A DNA stretch of 63,984 nt, counting the filler, from Dirinaria sp. TL-2023a (Eukaryota), in the NCBI GenBank assembly GCA_051941275.1. It is 3 parts of 3 records of this genome, joined end to end, with 100 filler letters (N's around TTAATTAATTAA, not from the genome) between each part and the next. Parts side by side here need not be neighbours in the genome. Positions count along the whole stretch, not along the records: positions 22,840 to 45,575 come from JAVEBF010000216.1; 2 more parts are not named here. One strand, given 5' to 3'. Positions 25,684 to 40,071 of the stretch are shown in pieces. The translations under genes and the position numbers were made by a program. Numbering within the stretch: position 1 is the first letter of the stretch; every line of letters starts with the position of its first letter. A model generated the notes under the pieces. That model saw only the letters and a program-made list of their open reading frames with translations, searched no databases and was not told the DNA's origin.

Positions 25684-27109
25684 TCAGGCATGCTCAATCC
25701 TCTGAACCACCATTGCTGTCGCCGCTCCACCTCCGTTGCATATCGCCGCGACTCCATACTGTCCGGGTTGCAGCTGGTGTAAAAGTGTTGTGAGGATGCG
25801 GGAGCCTGAGCTGCCTAACGCGTGCCCGAGCGAGATAGCACCACCAAGGACGTTGACCTGGGCATTCTCAAGTGATAATATCTGCACGAAAGGTTAGTTT
25901 ACAATGCTGAATCTCCATGAGAAGCAGGAACGAAATGCCGACCTTCTGGTTTGCTTTTATAACGGCAGCGAAGGCTTCGTTGAACTCCCAGATCGACACC
26001 TCGTCCTTGGATATGCCGGCTCGTTCCAGCGCGATTGGTACTGCTTTGGCCGGTGCCACAGGAAAGTCCATCGGATCGACGGCCGCATCTGCTGAAGAAA
26101 CTATGCGCGCCAGAACCCGGCTGCTAGCGCCATATTGCGTTGCGATGTCTTTGCTTCCCAACACGAGCGCCGAAGCACCATCGTTCATGGTGGATGAGTT
26201 AGCTGCTGTTACCGTCCCGCCCTCTTTCACGAATGCCGGTCTCAGTGTTGGCACCTTGTCTTCTCTTAAATTTTGATAGCCCTCGTCTTCGTTGACAACC
26301 GTCTCGCCTTTCTTGCCTTTGATTGTTACCGGGCAAATCTCGTCTGCAAATCTACCTTCCTTCCAAGCCTTTTGTGCCCTGTGGAAACTCTCGATAGCGT
26401 AATGGTCCTGTTCTTCGCGGCTGATCCCGTACTTTTTGGCTGTCTCTTCGGCGCAATTTCCCATATGCACTTGGTTATACACGTCCCATAAGCCATCTTT
26501 GATAAGTCCGTCTTCCAATTTGATCTCCCCAAACGGCGGATGCTGGCTAGCTCTTGGCATATAGTATGGCACCCGACTCATGCTTTCCATTCCACCCGCC
26601 ACTTGGGCCTCTGAAAGACCCAGTTGTATGTTTTGTGCTGCAAAGACTACCGCTTTCAGGCCTGAGGCGCACACTTTATTAACGGTTATAGCATCAACGT
26701 TCGGCGACAACCCTGACAGAATGGTAGCCTGCCGCGCAGGAGATTGCCCAGCACCGGCTTGCAGCACGTTGCCAATATAGACGTCTGTTATCTTATCCGG
26801 AGGTACACCAGACCGAGTCAGTGCAGCCCGAATAGCCGTAGCACCAAGTTCCGTAACAGGGACAGAGGCAAGAGAGCCATTGAACTTGAGAAGGACTGAT
26901 CAGTCGAATGGTTGATGATGCAAAGCCGGTCAATGTACCTTTCCTGTGGCTGTTCGTGCCGCACTGAGTATGTAGGCATCGCGGTGTTCAAGGCGCGATG
27001 TTGGTGTTGTATTTAGATGCCGTCTTATTTGAGCTACTCGTTGCAGCGGCCGCCGAGTAGCTGTGGCGTTGCAGGCACGCCGCGAGCCGCGGGCCACACC
27101 TGTTGACAT
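25684..27109 (-). CDS. ERG10: Acetyl-CoA C-acetyltransferase (thiolase II, ERG10-like) with N-terminal targeting extension
   Basis: [26 protein letters not shown] (catalytic Cys), [30 protein letters not shown] and ICNGGGAA; introns at ~26888-26938 and ~25884-25943. Confidence 0.93.
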
Positions 27110-27611
27110 TTAGGAGAAAGGGACAATAGAATGACACGGTGGATGATATCTCAAGGAGTCGGCTAAACAGGAGTGGCGGACACACTGTAGCATGCGAATT
27201 GCATGTGATGGATAACTTGAACAATGTTGGAAAATGAGGGTAGCTTTGAATTATCATCGCTCCACGGGTAGTATTTGGTATGAGCAGATTCCAAAGTACA
27301 TGTATTCTCGCAATCTGCTTGCACATGTGGTGCAAAAACCTTGAATAACAAAAAGCTGCTCAGTCGTGTGACTCGGAGCCGAGGTCCAGCAAGCTGTCCG
27401 AATGGGGAATCTTCGGCATGTCTTTTGCATGGTCTCGACGGTCTTTCTGACATAATTACGTATATTATCCCGATGTCCGTTGTGAAGTTTGTTCGATGCA
27501 AAGGCCTTTAAACCCTCTTGAATCCAAATACACTGTTCTGCTTGGATTCAGATTACCATATCTTCACTGGTCTTCTAACAAGGCTCAAATCTCCAGTGCT
27601 AGGCTTACATT

Positions 27612-28286
27612 ATGTCCACCTCTGCGCGTCGTCGACTTATGCGCGACTTTAAAGTAAGTCTCGTGTATACCAGCACCATTTTCCTATGTCATATAGCACT
27701 CCCTATCTCAGCTACGGCCCCAGACATGCACTCATATCTGACACGGTCCTGAAATGTAGCGTATGCAAACGGATCCACCGGCGGGTGTCTCAGCTTCTCC
27801 TATAGCTGATAATGTCATGACCTGGTACATCATGCTCGGCTATACCTTACCGAAGATACATAGCTCACAGAGTTGAAGGAATGCAGTTATCATCGGTCCA
27901 GCAGATACCCCTTTTGAGGACGGCACTTTCCGCTTGGTCATGCACTTTGAAGAGCAGTATCCGAATAAACCCCCCGGTGTTAAGTTTATCAGTCAGATGT
28001 TTCACCCCAACGTATACGGCACCGGGGAGTTGTGTCTGGATATCTTGCAGAATCGATGGAGCCCTACCTATGATGTGGCAGCCATCTTGACTAGCATACA
28101 AAGGTGCGGAACACGTTAAACCCTTTGTTGGTGTACTCGTTCAGGGCTAAGTTGATTTATAGCCTTCTCAATGATCCAAATACCTCTTCGCCCGCCAATG
28201 TTGAAGCATCAAACCTCTACAAAGATAACAGACGAGAATACACTAAGCGCGTGCGAGAGACAGTAGAAAAGAGTTGGGAGGACTAG
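27612..28286 (+). CDS. UBC2: Ubiquitin-conjugating enzyme E2 Rad6/Ubc2
   Basis: Four exons: [53 protein letters not shown]...[41 protein letters not shown]...VEKSWED. Confidence 0.97.
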
Positions 28287-29076
28287 AATATAACATGATC
28301 GCGGCTGTCTAGTATTGCGAGTGACAATGCTGCTAATTAAGTTCCCCACGTTACGGGGAAGGTGCTTGCTTGGCAAAGTGACACAGTGGCGGCGAAGAAG
28401 AGAATTATTCTAGCAATTGGATCAATGTTCATAGCATGGTGTTGGAGGGTTATTATGCTAAATGGAATAGGTCGCTCTGAGCTGGCGCACAATAACCGTG
28501 ATCGAATTCTTCCGGCTGTCATTCGCCAAATACTACACGCATTTTGAGATGCATTGAGTCACTCAGACCAGTGTCTGTGACATACTCATCCCGCACGCTG
28601 AAGTTGTTGCCCTTCAAGTTCGTCGGGGAAATACCTTTAGCATTTCACAAACCTTGGGTGGATCGGGACCGTCCGGCGGTTTTGCCGGGTTCCCGGGTCA
28701 GACTGGATGTTAAATGATAATTCATGTATTTTTGCAAATCCCAGAAGCATAAAGGTATGAAGTCCCTTGAATTACCAAGGCTTCCTTTAGATCTGATGCT
28801 CAGAGCTAGCAATAATAAGGAGGTCCGGGTAACCCGTGCCGGCACTATCTAGAGCACTCGACTGACGAGGGATCTCTTTGGTCCATTTTCTCTTTGTGCA
28901 CGAAGATCACGTCATGCCAAGAACAAAAGCTGCCTCTCCTTAGCATCAAGTAAAGTACACTCAACGATGAGAATGTGCACGTACTTTAATCCACTACAGC
29001 AAGTCACAAGGTGTCTCTGCTGGGCAGTATGTATTCCTGGCTTGTCCATTCGTTCTGATGTTTTCGCTACGTAGAG

Positions 29077-31339
29077 ATGGCCGAGCCTCAGGATCTGTAC
29101 GATTTCGATAACGAAGTGGGATGGCGGAGTTATCGCGTCCTCCGCCCTGGAAGAGGCATGTATCACGATGTCAAGAGAAGATTACCATACTACTGGAGTG
29201 ATATCACCGATGCTCTCACGTACCGTACATTCGCCAGCACGGTGCGCATCTTTTTTGTGAAGTCAGTCAGCCAGCCTTAGTTGTGCACGCGCACCTCCGC
29301 TTGCGCTCCCAGGAGCCTCGGAGCACTGACCACAATGCAGCCTCCTACCAGCTCTGGCATTCATCCTAGACATGAATCGTCAGACTGGTGGTTTTTACGG
29401 TGTCAATGAAGCCCTCCTCTCATCTGCGCTTGCCTGCATAGTTTTCTCCACTATTGGCGCCCAGCCCATTACCATTGTTGGTATCACTGGGCTAATATCG
29501 CTCTTTAATTACACAATTTACGATATAATTAAGCTACACGATGTCGGCCTTTACCCTCGAATGATGGTATGGGTATCAATTTGGACTGCCATCTTCCACT
29601 GGCTGTTTGCTGTATGTAATACGTGTGATTACATGCGCTACGTCACAGATTTCTCAAGTCAGAGTTTTGGCGCGTATGTCGGTATAATATATCTCAGTAA
29701 GTGGAAAAGGCTTCAAAAAGCTATTGAATGTTGTGTGATACAGGCGGACTGAGCTATTGGTAGTCAAAGGTGTGGAAGAGTTGGCTGCCGAGTTTTCTGA
29801 TTACGGATCCGTCGACGGCTTCATGGCGGTCATGATCGCTCTTCTCTTTTTCGGTACGGTGTACGCTTTGGAAGCCATTGGCAATGGCATCTGGTTTCGG
29901 CCTTGGGTCCGAGGCATACTGGCTGATTATGCATACCCTGTAAGATACGAACGTGGAGCCATGGATCACTCGCTTACTTCTACAGATTGCTACCATTTTC
30001 TGGACCGGGTTCTCTCACATCCCAGGAACATTGAAACGAGCAGACATCCGGACATTACCGCATACCAGAGCCTTTTACCCTACAGTACCTCGTCCATGGG
30101 TGGTCGACTTTTGGAACCTTCCAGTCAAGTGGGTCTTCGTAGCGATGCCTATAGGCTTTTTAGTTATGCTTCTTTTCTATTTTGATCATGTAATTCAATC
30201 CCCACAGCCGTTTGTGGATGTTCATTGACCATGCAATTCAGAATATTAGTAGTATCACGGCTCAAGCGAAGCAATTCCCGCTAAAGAAGCCTGGAGGCTT
30301 TCATTGGGACTTCTTCCTCCTCGGGTGTACCAGTTTTGTTGCAGGTATTCTCGATATTCCTATGCCAAACGGTCTAGTGCCACAGGTAAGTTTACGATTG
30401 TGGGGTTCCAGACCTTTCCGCTCACGGTTTCTTAGGCCCCTGTACATACGGACTCTTTAACCAAGTACGAAAGCAAGCTCAAAATTACCAAAACCGCAGA
30501 CGATTCAGAGATCAGAGAGCAGCACATGATCGCCACAGAAGTCGTGGAGCAGCGATTGTCGCACTTCATGATGGGGCTTGTTATTATAGGAACCATGACT
30601 GGACCTTTACTGATTGTTCTACACACGATTCCACGATCACTCTTTGCTGGAGTGTTTCTCGTGGTAGGGGTGCGTATCCTTTCCGTCAAGACAGTATTAC
30701 CGTCAAATTGACTTCATTATCAATGGGCTAACTTTCCTCTTGGCGGTGACAGTGGGGCTCTCTCGAATCGAACGGCATCATGAAAAAGATTGTGTACCTC
30801 GTATCTGAGCCTCGATACATCCAACGGAATGAACCCTTACTCCAGGTTTCACACAAGAAAATATTAGCGTACATATCGTTCCAACTCTTTGGCGTCTTGT
30901 CATGTGTTGCCATTTCGCAAACTCTTGCAGCAATTGGTAGGCCTATTCCATCGCCCTTACTCGAGCAATGCCATTCTGTATCGTACTCGAGTGCGGGTAT
31001 CCTTCTCGGCAATTCCTCCTTTCTGAGGTAATCAAGGAGATGATCGCTTACAAATTTCTAGGCTTCCCGGTCATCATGATTGCTCTGATCCCTTTACGGT
31101 GGAAAATACTTCCCAAGCTATTCAACGCTAAAGAATTTCGCATATTGGATGCACCGACTGCTGACAACGACGTGGTTCTCGCCAGCCTCGGAGGCAAACC
31201 AGAGTTGCCAGAAGATCGGATAGATCGAGAAAATGAAAAGAGCCCAGGACCAAGTCAAGAAGATAAATGGTCTGCGGCCGAGCATGGTATTAGTAGAGAA
31301 GCGGTACCACAGAGAGGTACGCAATATAAAGAGGAATAG
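29077..31339 (+). CDS. HCO3-/borate anion exchanger family (SLC4/BOR1-like)
   Basis: GMYHDVKRRLPYYWSDITDA, GAQPITIVGITG, MRYVTDFS, PLKKPGGFHWDFFLLG, PNGLVPQ|APVHT and EVVEQRLSH; multi-exon. The start may lie slightly upstream. Confidence 0.92.
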
Positions 31340-31813
31340 TGGGCAGCACGCAGATAGATAATAGACAGAGTAGAATTGATATGATAATTATGATTGCACA
31401 ATCGGTGTGTATTTATTATCTGCATTCGGAGATGGATAATCTGAACTGTGCTCTGCGTCTGTTACTCCAAATAGTAGAATTTAGCAAAAGGTCTCGTATC
31501 TACTGTGATAAAGCACCGTTGACTACTTATTGTGGAGCACAATAATCCATCTTTGGTCTGCGCTTCGCTAAATTGCTAAAGCGGCGGAAGTGGCTAATCT
31601 AGAAACGCATTGCCAGGATCTGTGCAGCTGGAGGACAACGGAGAATCGCTCCGGGGCGGCTGCGCATGCTGCACATGTCTTCAGCATCGATGCAGAACAA
31701 TTATCAGAGTACAGTAAGACTAAGTAGGGATTTTCAAAGTAAAAATCCCTACGAAATTTGGTCGCAGACCCTTTTCTTGCGCTGTGAGTGAGACGGCCAA
31801 CCTCGTCTTTTCA

Positions 31814-32871
31814 ATGGCTGAGCAAGATTCCCCTTTCGTTCTCGCACCTCCGCCATGGTCGTGCAAGTGCACTGCATATGCTCTTCCATTCTTCTATTCA
31901 GCCTCATCTGGCCTACCAGCCGACTTGGCTTACGCACCTCTCGAAGCTGCATCCTCAACGTTCAGTTCTCAATCAGAAGCTGGCGGCTATAAGGGAGGTC
32001 TTTGTATGCTTCAGATTATCCGGTACACGGAAACACCGGTGGGTCCGTACGATGAGATGGCCTTGCTGCCAGGGGACTTCTCCATGCCCCACGCAAAAGA
32101 AGCCAATATGCGAATCACGAGGATTTATGTTAGTCAAAAGGATACGTGCTACAACGGTAAGTGGTTGTTGAAAGAGCCAGTTACCTACATGTGCCCAGTG
32201 TCACTAATCTGAAATTAAAGGTCGTAAAAACTGGAATATTCCTAAGTCAGTAGCACATTTTCCTACAAGCTTGCTGAATTCGGATCCGTCTCGTGCTTAC
32301 TTGTATGCTCTACCTCAGGCATCTGGCCCGCTTCGAGTTCAAGCCTCTTGCTGGATCATCCACCAAGTCTTCTTCTGGCCACCCCCAGCCTCCCGTAGTC
32401 ATCTCTGTCTTTGCCCCTGATACAAGCAACTTGACTCAAAATAAGCCATTTTTTACCACAACCCTTCAACCATTAGCTTATTTACCTCGTTCGTACTCGT
32501 TTCCATTCAACAGCACTTGGGCCACTTATTTTGGCTTCAGCAGTCATATAGTCCAGCCACCACTTCCGGAGGGCAAGACAATGGAAGAATGTAGTACCAC
32601 CGACTGGATCAAAGCGAAACCAGAGCTGAGAAGCAAGGCCACTCGGATGGTATGGTGGGACATGAAACAACCTCAGACTGAACCATCCAGTGAGCGAGAT
32701 GAGGGGACTGGTTCTACAGAAAGCGACACGCTGCTGGCCGCAGACCGAACGAGCAGGACAACAGATGATCAGAACAAGAACTGGTGGCCAGGCTTAGGTA
32801 GATGGAGGATCGGACTGTGGCTCGATGACGCCGTCTTAGAGCTTGGGGAAGCGGAAAAGCTCACCTTATAG
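31814..32871 (+). CDS. Conserved fungal hypothetical protein, acetoacetate-decarboxylase-like fold
   Basis: APPPW...QIIRYTETPVGPYDEM...RITRIYVSQKDTCYN|GRKNWNIPK|HLARFEF; three exons. Confidence 0.75.
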
Positions 32872-33525
32872 CATGAATTTGGTAATTAAAGGATCTAAGC
32901 TTGGATTTTCATGAAGGCTAAACAGAGTGTTTAGGACGGATTCAGGCCCACAAAAACTCGGACAGAAGGCGATTTTAAATCTGGAGATGATAAATGCTGC
33001 TATGGGGAACAAATGTCGAAATAGAATGAAGGATGAAGTTGGAATTTATATCGAGATACTGAGTCTGAGATGAATGAACATATTGAGAAATGACAAGAGA
33101 CTCTATGAAATTTTGGATGCTAGTGAAAGATACGATCATGGCTTCTTTCTCTTTGATAGCTCGATGCAAATTGAATTACGATGCCCGTCTCTCTTTGTGT
33201 CTTAGCTCCCTCGACGGTCTACTGGATAGCTCAACCGAACAAAGGGTAACCTGACTTGTGCTGCTAGTTTTCTAACGATATGTTCTCGCTATTTACAGCT
33301 TTGTCCAAGATGATGGCCTGAAGCATTCATTTTCATGACTTGTTCACATCAAGTCGAACTAGCCCTATCTCAGGTTGGGGGCTTTTTTAGGGCTACCCAA
33401 GGGTTGAAGTTCCAATTAACACGGCTCTAGAAATTCATGCTCGCGGGTTCATTATCAAAAGTCCTACCAATTCCACAAATCATGTTCTTAGCTATCTCTC
33501 TTGGGGACATTTTGAGACGTTGACT

Positions 33526-35992
33526 ATGCTTCAAAATGTGGATCTTTTCTTTCGACCGTCAATTAATAATTGCATGTCATGGTCCGAAGATGGAGAAATT
33601 GCCATCGCTGCAGGAAAATACGTCCATCTGCTAGTGCGTCATACTAAATCATTCCCTCAGAGTATCGCATTGATTTTCAATAGATTCCCAATCGAAGAAA
33701 AGTGAACGAGGTTATTCCAAAGGACTCTTGGATATTTGTTAAGGTTCTCGTTAATAGCTTCACCTGTGATGAATGGCCTGAGCGCGATTTAGCAGCCTCA
33801 GAATCCTTTAATATTGGAGAGGAGCAATCAAACAGTACGGTGACATGGCTTGGATGGTCTCCGCTTGCTTTAGCCAAGCACAAGCGGTCTGTGCTTGCGG
33901 TGTTGACTTCCAACCATCTCCTCTCATTATGGGCGTCTCATGGAGATATGAGAGATAAGCAAAGCTGGAAGCGCGTTTGTATCGTTAATGCTGCTTTTGA
34001 GATTGCTTTCGGACAGGCAAAATTTCGATCTAAGATTAAGAATATCAGGAGCCAGGAATTGAGGCGCGTGAGAAGCGTTGCTTGGGCTCCTCTCTTGAGT
34101 GTGGGTGAAGATGCCCATTCCAATGCAGAATCTGAGAAGGATAGTGTCGAACGTAATGACGATGCTAGCATGAATCCTGATGGGGATCAAGCTTCAGGGA
34201 AGTGCACTACGCAGACACCAACGTCGAGTCGCCTTGTACCCAAGCAATATCAACTACTTGCAGCTGCAAATGATTGTGGTGGCGTATATCTTCTAACCTT
34301 ATCTAGCCCTTTCATAAACGGCTCTAATGGATGGGAGGTTGAGATGCTAGAAATGGTTGCACTCCCCACTCAAGATAATATGCTCTCTGATATCCAGTCG
34401 GGCATTCCTGATGATGGTTTCGTGTCTCGACAAAACCCTGCGATCTTGGATCCTGGAAACCATACTAACCAGAAATCGTTCAATGCCCGCCCATCTCTCC
34501 TGGCCCTCGCCTTAGCAAAGAAGTCCTTTATTGAAGATGTGATATGGAGTAATTGGAAACCGGGTACTTTACAGTGTGAAAAGAGAAGTGTTTTGACCGT
34601 CATACGTAACGGCGTACCGTCACATTTAATCATCACCATCAACTGCAGTCAGACTTCTGCTCGTTGCGATCTCTCGAATTTATTGACAAGGAAGCGAGAT
34701 CTGCTGGAACGAGCCCAGCGTGCAATGCTGTGGTTCAACGGAGTAAGTGCCATCGCCTGTCTCGCCTGCATACCTGACATCCAAAGCACGAGCAAGATAA
34801 CTTCGTGTTGGCCAGCGTGGGTCAGGACTGCGTCAATCTTAGCACGTGGGATAATAAAGTTCTTAAACATCAAAGTGTGAACATTATCCCGTTTGGCTCG
34901 CAAGACGGCCAGTCAGACAACCTGTCGAACGGCATTAGAAACTCCAGGCACCCTTGGGAGCCTATTGGCGGTAGAGCAATTCCGGTGTGGAAGTTTGATT
35001 ATTGGCATAGCTGATTTTGCCGCTAGGTTTCACATCCTGCTTCGACCCGAACGGTGCATTTTCGGTCCTCTACGTTATCACTCAGCTGTCTAGGACAGCA
35101 GTTTTGCGGATCTCGGGAGCAATTACTGGTGGAGAAGCGCTTACGATAGAAGCACAAGCTGTGAAGAACTCTGCTTTACATGTGAAGCTACTATCGCTGC
35201 AGAAAGTTACCGACTTCAATAATAACCGGCGCGGCCTTTCGGTTGCGAAGACCTGGGGTTTGGCATCTCTGCAAAACAGCGGCATAGTGGTGGCTTGTAC
35301 TAGTGTCCACCCAGGTGATGCTCTTGAGTATCTACTGCATTCCCAGGAGCGCTCTACGCTCGTATTTGCCTCCGATATTGGCAGCGATTCTTTTCCGTGG
35401 CAGAAAGATTTGAAAGCAAATGATGCTTCTATCATACAGAAAGCTGTTCTCGAAGCGACACTCAGATCCCAGCAGACCGATGGTCTTACCAAAAGTGATT
35501 TCAGTGATCGCATCCTCAAAGCGGCTACAGCTGCTAGACGACTGATGTATGCTCATGAAACCGTGGGCGAACAAGATCAATTCGTAGAAAAATGCTCGTT
35601 CTGCAGCCAGGACATCCCCTTCGAGAGTCTCGTTGAGGCTTCTTGTAATGGTGGTCATCAATTTAGTAAGCCGGTCTAGAATCGTTTTATCCTCTGTATT
35701 TGAGCGCGACTTATACTTCCCCATATACCTCGAGCCATTGAAATGAGAGAAAACTAATAGTCGCACTATAGTTCGTTGTGTTCTAACTTTCCTTACAATA
35801 ACCGAGCCCTACCTATCAAAGCGGTGTGAGCTCTGTGATCGCAGCTGTCTTGATGAGCATCTCAACCAGTCAAGGGAAGATAGTATTTGCGACCCAAATG
35901 TCAGTGGATGCACTACGAAACCTTCTTTGGCTGTCGTGATATTCGAAAATTTCGACGTCTGCCCGTATTGTGGGGGAAAGTTTATAAGCTAA
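33526..35992 (+). CDS. Transcription factor IIIC 90-kDa/delta-like subunit with C-terminal Zn finger
   Basis: N-terminal NCMSWSEDGEIAIAAG and WSPLALAKHKRSVLAVLTSNHLLSLW. C-terminal CSFC...CNGGHQF|RCVLTF...CELC...CPYCGGKF* ending at 35992. Confidence 0.8.
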
Positions 35993-36600
35993 AACTCCGA
36001 TGTATGTTCAATACATTCCAAAGTCCCGAAATGGGAGAGCTCGAGACAACGGATGTCGTTACAAAAGATCGAGTATGCTTTTCTTTGTTTCACACTACCT
36101 TCGCAAGGGTCTCATTTTTCGGCCATGACAGGATGAGAATTTCAAGGACAGAAGATCTAACGAAGTGGCGAACAACTGATTCACCACTAAAGTGCCACCG
36201 TCAAATGGACAAACCATTGAAGATTGAGATTAATCGAGAAAAAAGACGATTTGCAATCCTGACTCTGAGAAATAGCGATGTAAAAGATGAAAGGGGCCAG
36301 ATCTTAGCAGTCAGTTTTACAGTGTGGGAGTGTCAGACAAAAATGATTTGACGAGGTAACGATGAAAGTTCCACCACGAGGATGTCACTGTCAAACAGGC
36401 AAATCGTTATATGTTCTTATCTGAAGTAAACACAAAAAGACGACTCTGCAACCCTAACTCTGAGGCATTGAGGTGTGAAAGAAGGGATCGATAGACGAAA
36501 GCGAGTACCAGAGTGAGTGTTTTTATGGCGCCAGTGGGATTTGCTCGCAAATACAGAGCCCGCAAATCGCTCCCGTCCTCAGAGGTATCTTACAGCTTAC

Positions 36601-38381
36601 TTAGGCGCTGTGAGAGAGATCGTCGGATCTGACGTGCTTTGTTGCGGAATCCCTTCGCCCGATGTAGCGGAAGACTACTAAGCTGCCTAAGGCGCACAAG
36701 ATGGCGAGCGCGCTTTGTGTCGTCAACCACCCAGCCTTCTCGAACAGCAAACCAGCCACTATGGGTGCAGCAGCAGTACTTATGGACATCGCGCAGCAGG
36801 AAATTGAGCAAGCTTGGCTGTATGCCCCTGCTTTCCCAAACCTTTCCGGATGAGTAGCTATTAGGATGTCTACTTCATCGAACATATCTGCGGTTAGAGG
36901 TGCTAGGATGAGGTTGAGTCCGATGCCTACCAATATGTCAACAGGCGGAATCATACTTGGCGGCTGAGACAGACTGACCTACGAGGGTAAGAAAGGTGCA
37001 CAGAAGTATTTGGTCGACTAAGCTATCTTTGTCGATGAGACTCAGTAGCATCAAACCAGGAGTAGCAATTCCGAATCCAGCCAAAGCTACTAACCTGCAG
37101 CCGAATCGATCGGATAGGGCTCCGAAAAGAACACCGAAGATACACGGTCCGTTCAAGGTGAAGAACACTGCACCTGCAGCGGTGGCACTCCATCCAAATA
37201 ACGAGCTGACGTATCGTGGAAGGATTGCGTCGAACGCACTTAGGAGGAAAATGTGAATTAGACTCCCGAACACGGCCGCCATCAGTCGTGTGGACCTAAG
37301 AAGAACAGCCATCTTCCCAAAAAAATCGGCAAAAGGAGACCGAGACGCTTCAGGTCTTGATGGCAACAAAGGAGAAGTTTCCTCTGCCTCAGGAGTTTGT
37401 AGCATCCGTCTTTCTTCATCGCTGTTTTCCCTTAGAGATGTTCTACACGACCCTTGAGTTTCTCCTTCCGCCTCGTTAAAGGAAGGAGCACCATCGACGA
37501 CGTGGTGATATGGAATGGATTCGTCACAGTTAATGTGCCAGATCATAGCGTCCTTCTTGTCGATCATGAAGAGCCGCAGAACAATGTCGATACCTAGCAC
37601 TCCGAACATCATCGCGAGCACCGCGGCATAGCCTGCCCTATCATATACGGCACCAGCGAGGAAGGGCGAAACAAGAACCCCGAATGTCATACCGCTAAAA
37701 ACGAACCCCATCCTGGTTGTTGTTATTGATAGATCGAGCGCACGAGGGACAGTTTGTACCATGAACCCAATTCATCTGTAGGAACAGCATCAGCGGTCAG
37801 TGCCAAGCCCAAGGTGTATACGATCCCGGCAGAGATTCCTTGCAAGGATCTTGCAAGCACCAGTATGCCAGGATGTCTGGCCGTGCCAAGGAGCGCCGTT
37901 GCTGCAAGCGCGAAGGCGAGTCCTGACAGGAAGACTGGCGATCGAGCCCCTCGATCAGCAGCCCATCCAGCAGCTGCTAGAAAAGAGTTACTTTCTGCGT
38001 ATCTCCAGATGCATCACGGACATACGAGCTCCCATGGCGCTAGAGAGCCCAAAGGCTGCCAAAAGCGATGAAAGCCAAAATTGGACCCTTTCCTCGGGCA
38101 GACCACATCCTTCCACCAGATAAGAAGGGAAGACGGGAACAATCTCTCTAGAAATGAGCCAGCAACCAAGCAGTGCGCACGACGACTCACAGCACCGTAG
38201 AGAAAGCCATCCTGGAACCATGAGCGCATTTTCCATCGAAATCAATTGTGATTCGTGGAATAAGTCTCACCGTGAAAGTAGCAAAGAATGCGGTCATCCC
38301 AATCGTCCATTTGGAGGACCTTGTGTCAAGGAATAGCGGCCTATCCTCCAACCAAATGGAAGAAACCAATGTGCTCTCCAT
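36601..38381 (-). CDS. MFS transporter (vesicular amine transporter-like)
   Basis: RSSKWTIGMTAFFATFT|DGFLYGA|IVPVFP, ARILQGISAGIVYTLGLALTADAV, GVLVSPFLAGAVYDRAGY, GALSDRFG and FGKAGAYSQA; multi-exon. Confidence 0.88.
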
Positions 38382-40071
38382 ATCAACAGCAATCGTCGTT
38401 TGAATGAAAAGAATGAAAATATGTAATATGTCATCTAATCGCGAAAAGAGGAAAATCAAAAATAAAAACCCATGGCATTATGAAGAAGGGACTGCATAGG
38501 CATAGTCGAAGGGCGGTGTAGGCTCGATTCTCGATTTCAAAGCGCTGCCTAACGTATGGAATGCATGTCGAGCAGTATCGGGGGATTCTCACATGCATGG
38601 TCCGTCTAAGATGGAAAGATTATTCTTGTTCCCACCGTGCACGTTATGACCGATCCAATGGGTTCTGTCTTTTATGTGTAGCGTCCGAACGTCTCTGCGA
38701 GACTATTCGATCTTGTTACCAAGATCCTATCGCAGAACCATATGCACCTCAGTGCATAATCGAGTAAAAGAGAGAAAATCCGATTGGACAGCAATCACAC
38801 CTTGGCAGCCCATCTCATGCCGCCTGGAACGACCCAAAAGATCTGCCGATTGCGTCGGCGTTTGATGCAGGGCTACTGCATCAAACTGCATCTCGACTAC
38901 TGGCTCCGACGTCCCCTCGATCTTCGTGATCCGGGAAAGATTGCATCTCCTATCAGCTATTAAAAATGGCGCTAGAAGCTATGTAGTGGAAAGCCCCCTT
39001 GGATGGGAGGTGTAAGAAGATCAATTAGCTACATAGAACTCCCATGAAGACAGCCACACCACTGGAAAGAAATTTATGCCTAAGAAGAAGAGCAGCACGC
39101 GAAAACGAAAATTCAGAATAGCGAACAATCTAATCCATTGGAAAACTTGCTCCAAAAGTGATCTACTGAGTAATGTCCTTGAGTCTTGGGCCTTGTTCCC
39201 TAGGTGGGAATGAGGTTATACATTCGAGAGATGATCTATACAGCGGCAGCTAATCTTAAGTTGTTTAAAAACCATTGATCCAGTATCTACAACGACCAAA
39301 GTACATGGACTTTTGAGACAGCTCGATGTTCGATAAAAATTCTCGAGGTTTTCGGTTCGGATCGATTTCGACTGAAACACGATGATCTCGCATATTGCAA
39401 CGGCGGCAACCTGAATGAATATGACATAGTGGTCGCCTCTCTGAGTCATTTGTCAGGTGATATCTTTTTCTCAGGGTATCTATCTGATGGTGCTGCTAGT
39501 TCAATCAATGGTGGAGAACGTCGGCTTTTTTCAGATTGGAAACGAAGAGAAGGAATGCAACTTTTGGGCATGTCCCAAACCGTCAATTTCTGGTTAAGTC
39601 AAAAGCTGTTGACGCATTTTGTCCCAATTTTTGGAAGTCAAAACCTAGCCTCCTGGGTAATGGAAGATTAAATCACTTGAGCTGAGGAGATACACATTTG
39701 TCTGAACAAACAGACGTGATTTGCTGTCAGATGGCTACCCGGATAATTCCCCTGCAGCTTTGGATGTGTACTTGTTTCGCCACCATATTTAGCCACCTCA
39801 CATTCCTCGCTTCAAGATTTGCGGACTCCGCAACTCCGTGCCGCTCTTTTCCATCACCGAAGTCCTTTGTCACCTATACTGCAACAAGTTCAGGTACGGT
39901 CGCCCTCAACAATGGCCACCACGAGCAAACCGCAAGCGGATGACCGGATTCGGCCATTCTGGTCTCTGCGCCAGATGACAGCCTGCACGTATATCCATTT
40001 GACGCATCCATACGCGCAATGGTTCTCTATCATCTCTCCCTTACGGACCGCGCAAGCTCGATTCGCTCACG

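Noticed and set aside
28645..28850. GC-rich, possibly structured intergenic stretch as an ncRNA
   Set aside because: No 5S, snRNA, snoRNA or tRNA signature recognised; more likely the promoter of the anion transporter.
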